Source of the DNA: Paramoeba atlantica | Taxonomy: Eukaryota > Protista > Discosea | Length of the DNA stretch: 64,000 bases | Direction of reading: 5' to 3' | NCBI GenBank assembly: GCA_977017575.1 | Contig: CDRNVI010000018.1 | Span: 124,001 to 188,000 of the forward strand | Shown here: piece by piece, positions 60,711-64,000 of the stretch | How the letters are laid out: each line of letters begins with the position of its first letter | Position numbering within the stretch: the stretch's first letter is position 1 | Program-made: the position numbers and the translations under genes | Notes under the pieces: generated by a model | Databases searched by the model: none | Told to the model about the DNA's origin: nothing | What the model saw: only the letters and a program-made list of their open reading frames with translations

Positions 60711-60877
60711 ATTTCGTCTGTTTTAGAAAATAGGATAAACTAAACTCTTCAATTCTTGCAAAAATGTAACTCATTAAATATTAGACTCATTCCATGTGCT
60801 ATATGTTCTTCTATTTTCTTCTAATGGGCAAACTAGATGAGGGCTAAGTATGGTTTGCTTTGAAAATACGGAATTCC

Positions 60878-62035
60878 CTACGGGCGCCGTAGGCTCTCAA
60901 TATAAGTACCGATGGAGGGCAGTGGTGTCAATTCTTCAGCGCTGGATTTTCTCGTGAAGGGATCTGCTATTTGGGCGTTGGTAGGTACCCACTTTACTTC
61001 CAGGTTAGTGTTTGATGGGATGTACTGCATCCACCTATTGGCAGTGAAGTTAGTGCTTGCCCGCCTCTGGAGGGCCATGGCCACAGGCGCGTTGTCGACG
61101 TTCAATAGAATGTCCCGATGTCCTTTTCTGACTGCTGCCATAATTCCACCAAGAGCCGCACTCAGCTCTGAGTAGAATATATGGGCTCCGGGCTTTGTCA
61201 TGCCCTGTTTTGCAGTTTCGAGAATGCCTTGATTGAACAACAGAATAGCCCATGCGATTGAACTGGCATCAGTCCAAACTTCCACCTTTTCTTCTTTGGG
61301 TATATGACCTATCTTTTTTAACCAAACATTTCGCTTGAGTGCGGAAAATGCATCAGTCAGTTCGCCTAACAGGTGGTCGGTCGGAGAGAAGGAGATCTCC
61401 CAAGACTTTTCGTCGTGCACTTTTCTGGCAACTTTTCCTAGTGTTTGAAGAAGGTGTGCAAAAGTGCATAGTGGGATTTTCATAACCGTGGCCCTCCACA
61501 TTAGTAAACCAGAAAGCGTATACAGTTCCACAGCTGTCCACGTCCCATTCCCGATTATGTCATTGTATCTTGAATACGCCTTTTCAGTCCACTTTTCTGA
61601 CATGCGGTACTTCTTATTTTTTAGATCAAATTCAATACCAAGTACGCACGCTTCCTGTAGTGGCTTCATGGTGAGATCATCTACTTCTAGTTGAACTGCG
61701 TGGACTCGGGCGCGAAATTCTTTTGCATGGTTTTCTACTTCTGACTTGGATTTTCCGAACAAAAGAAAATTGTCTACCCAGGCCAATCCAATGTCCCGGA
61801 CAATGCGATTTGAAACTCGCTGTGCAATAGCCGGGGCCCATGACCATCCCATGGGCATGGAAGAAAATTGAATACTGCATGTTTCTCCTCTAGCGTGACC
61901 TAAAACCGCTCCAAAGTAGGATCGGATCTCGGGAGCGAGGGAAAATTGGTAAAAGTAACTCCTTGCGTCCGCGTGAGCCATCCATTCCGAATCTAGCAGA
62001 TTTTCAATCACGTTATGTATGGATGGTAGGTGCAT
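60878..62035 (-). pseudogene. DIRS/Ngaro-like RT + RNase H, cut upstream by the satellite
   Basis: DARSYFYQF, MPMGWSWAP, WVDNF, WTDAS, YSELSAA, VDN, IADPFTR. Confidence 0.85.
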
Positions 62036-62055
62036 TGCGGGGGGGCATTGCGGGG

Positions 62056-64000
62056 GATCAAGTTTTTTGTAAGATCAAGTTTTTTGTAAGATCAAGTTTT
62101 TTGTAAGATCAAGTTTTTTGTAAGATCAAGTTTTTTGTAAGATCAAGTTTTTTGTAAGATCAAGTTTTTTGTAAGATCAAGTTTTTTGTAAGATCAAGTT
62201 TTTTGTAAGATCAAGTTTTTTGTAAGATCAAGTTTTTTGTAAGATCAAGTTTTTTGTAAGATCAAGTTTTTTGTAAGATCAAGTTTTTTGTAAGATCAAG
62301 TTTTTTGTAAGATCAAGTTTTTTGTAAGATCAAGTTTTTTGTAAGATCAAGTTTTTTGTAAGATCAAGTTTTTTGTAAGATCAAGTTTTTTGTAAGATCA
62401 AGTTTTTTGTAAGATCAAGTTTTCTGTAAGATCAAGTTTTTTGTAAGATCAAGTTTTTTGTAAGATCAAGTTTTTTGTAAGATCAAGTTTTTTGTAAGAT
62501 CAAGTTTTCTGTAAGATCAAGTTTTTTGTAAGATCAAGTTTTTTGTAAGATCAAGTTTTTTGTAAGATCAAGTTTTTTGTAAGATCAAGTTTTTTGTAAG
62601 ATCAAGTTTTTTGTAAGATCAAGTTTTTTGTAAGATCAAGTTTTTTGTAAGATCAAGTTTTTTGTAAGATCAAGTTTTTTGTAAGATCAAGTTTTTTGTA
62701 AGATCAAGTTTTTTGTAAGATCAAGTTTTTTGTAAGATCAAGTTTTTTGTAAGATCAAGTTTTTTGTAAGATCAAGTTTTTTGTAAGATCAAGTTTTTTG
62801 TAAGATCAAGTTTTTTGTAAGATCAAGTTTTTTGTAAGATCAAGTTTTTTGTAAGATCAAGTTTTTTGTAAGATCAAGTTTTTTGTAAGATCAAGTTTTT
62901 TGTAAGATCAAGTTTTTTGTAAGATCAAGTTTTTTGTAAGATCAAGTTTTTTGTAAGATCAAGTTTTTTGTAAGATCAAGTTTTTTGTAAGATCAAGTTT
63001 TTTGTAAGATCAAGTTTTTTGTAAGATCAAGTTTTTTGTAAGATCAAGTTTTTTGTAAGATCAAGTTTTTTGTAAGATCAAGTTTTTTGTAAGATCAAGT
63101 TTTTTGTAAGATCAAGTTTTTTGTAAGATCAAGTTTTTTGTAAGATCAAGTTTTTTGTAAGATCAAGTTTTTTGTAAGATCAAGTTTTTTGTAAGATCAA
63201 GTTTTTTGTAAGATCAAGTTTTTTGTAAGATCAAGTTTTTTGTAAGATCAAGTTTTTTGTAAGATCAAGTTTTTTGTAAGATCAAGTTTTTTGTAAGATC
63301 AAGTTTTTTGTAAGATCAAGTTTTTTGTAAGATCAAGTTTTTTGTAAGATCAAGTTTTTTGTAAGATCAAGTTTTTTGTAAGATCAAGTTTTTTGTAAGA
63401 TCAAGTTTTTTGTAAGATCAAGTTTTTTGTAAGATCAAGTTTTTTGTAAGATCAAGTTTTTTGTAAGATCAAGTTTTTTGTAAGATCAAGTTTTTTGTAA
63501 GATCAAGTTTTTTGTAAGATCAAGTTTTTTGTAAGATCAAGTTTTTTGTAAGATCAAGTTTTTTGTAAGATCAAGTTTTTTGTAAGATCAAGTTTTTTGT
63601 AAGATCAAGTTTTTTGTAAGATCAAGTTTTTTGTAAGATCAAGTTTTTTGTAAGATCAAGTTTTTTGTAAGATCAAGTTTTTTGTAAGATCAAGTTTTTT
63701 GTAAGATCAAGTTTTTTGTAAGATCAAGTTTTTTGTAAGATCAAGTTTTTTGTAAGATCAAGTTTTTTGTAAGATCAAGTTTTTTGTAAGATCAAGTTTT
63801 TTGTAAGATCAAGTTTTTTGTAAGATCAAGTTTTTTGTAAGATCAAGTTTTTTGTAAGATCAAGTTTTTTGTAAGATCAAGTTTTTTGTAAGATCAAGTT
63901 TTTTGTAAGATCAAGTTTTTTGTAAGATCAAGTTTTTTGTAAGATCAAGTTTTTTGTAAGATCAAGTTTTTTGTAAGATCAAGTTTTTTGTAAGATCAAG
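62056..64000. repeat. 17-bp satellite (GATCAAGTTTTTTGTAA)n, about 114 units, running off the window
   Basis: Exact 17-bp period; only two T>C variants seen (62424, 62509). Confidence 0.97.

Noticed and set aside
1-64000. Window as concatenated cDNAs or transcript contigs (SL heads, poly(A) tails)
   Set aside because: Interrupted ORFs and termini rejoin exactly across multi-kb inserts, with TSDs and an in-window empty site. That fits nested genomic insertions.
62056-64000. Satellite as a stop-free concatemeric ORF or a canonical telomere
   Set aside because: The 17-nt unit brings TAA (plus) or TGA (minus) into every frame, and it is not TTAGGG or G-rich.

Overview
Eukaryotic genomic DNA made almost entirely of nested retrotransposons; no ordinary host gene is recognisable. 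A 39-nt spliced-leader (SL)-like sequence (CTTCTTTAACGATAAAGATACAGTTTCTGTACCTTGTTG, with the ACAGTTTCTGTAC core) points to a kinetoplastid/diplonemid-type euglenozoan host. Contents: (1) tyrosine-recombinase (YR) retrotransposons with gag-YR-RT/RNaseH order (VIPER/TATE-like), in families A, B and C. There are six near-complete copies plus deleted and miniature derivatives. They insert with no target-site duplication (TSD), and three keep split direct repeats (A1...B1-A2-B2). (2) Two lineages of RLE-type (CRE-clade-like) non-LTR elements, one intact (1266 aa). (3) RTE-like fragments. (4) Short SL-capped, poly(A)-tailed retroposons. (5) A 1-kb TA-TSD Tc1/mariner-type MITE. (6) A DIRS-like RT/RNaseH fragment running into a homogeneous 17-bp satellite that fills the last 1.9 kb. 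Interrupted elements rejoin exactly when the inserts are removed, giving at least five nesting levels. Best leads: a conserved recoding cassette at the gag end (-1 slippery site for Gag-Pol plus an in-frame stop before YR), genomic SL relics including a bare SL flanked by a 29-bp duplication just after its AG acceptor, Ataxin-2/Pbp1 LsmAD-like modules on two CRE lineages, and a beta-rich domain apparently shared by YR Gag and CRE proteins. All calls are from manual reading; no searches were run.
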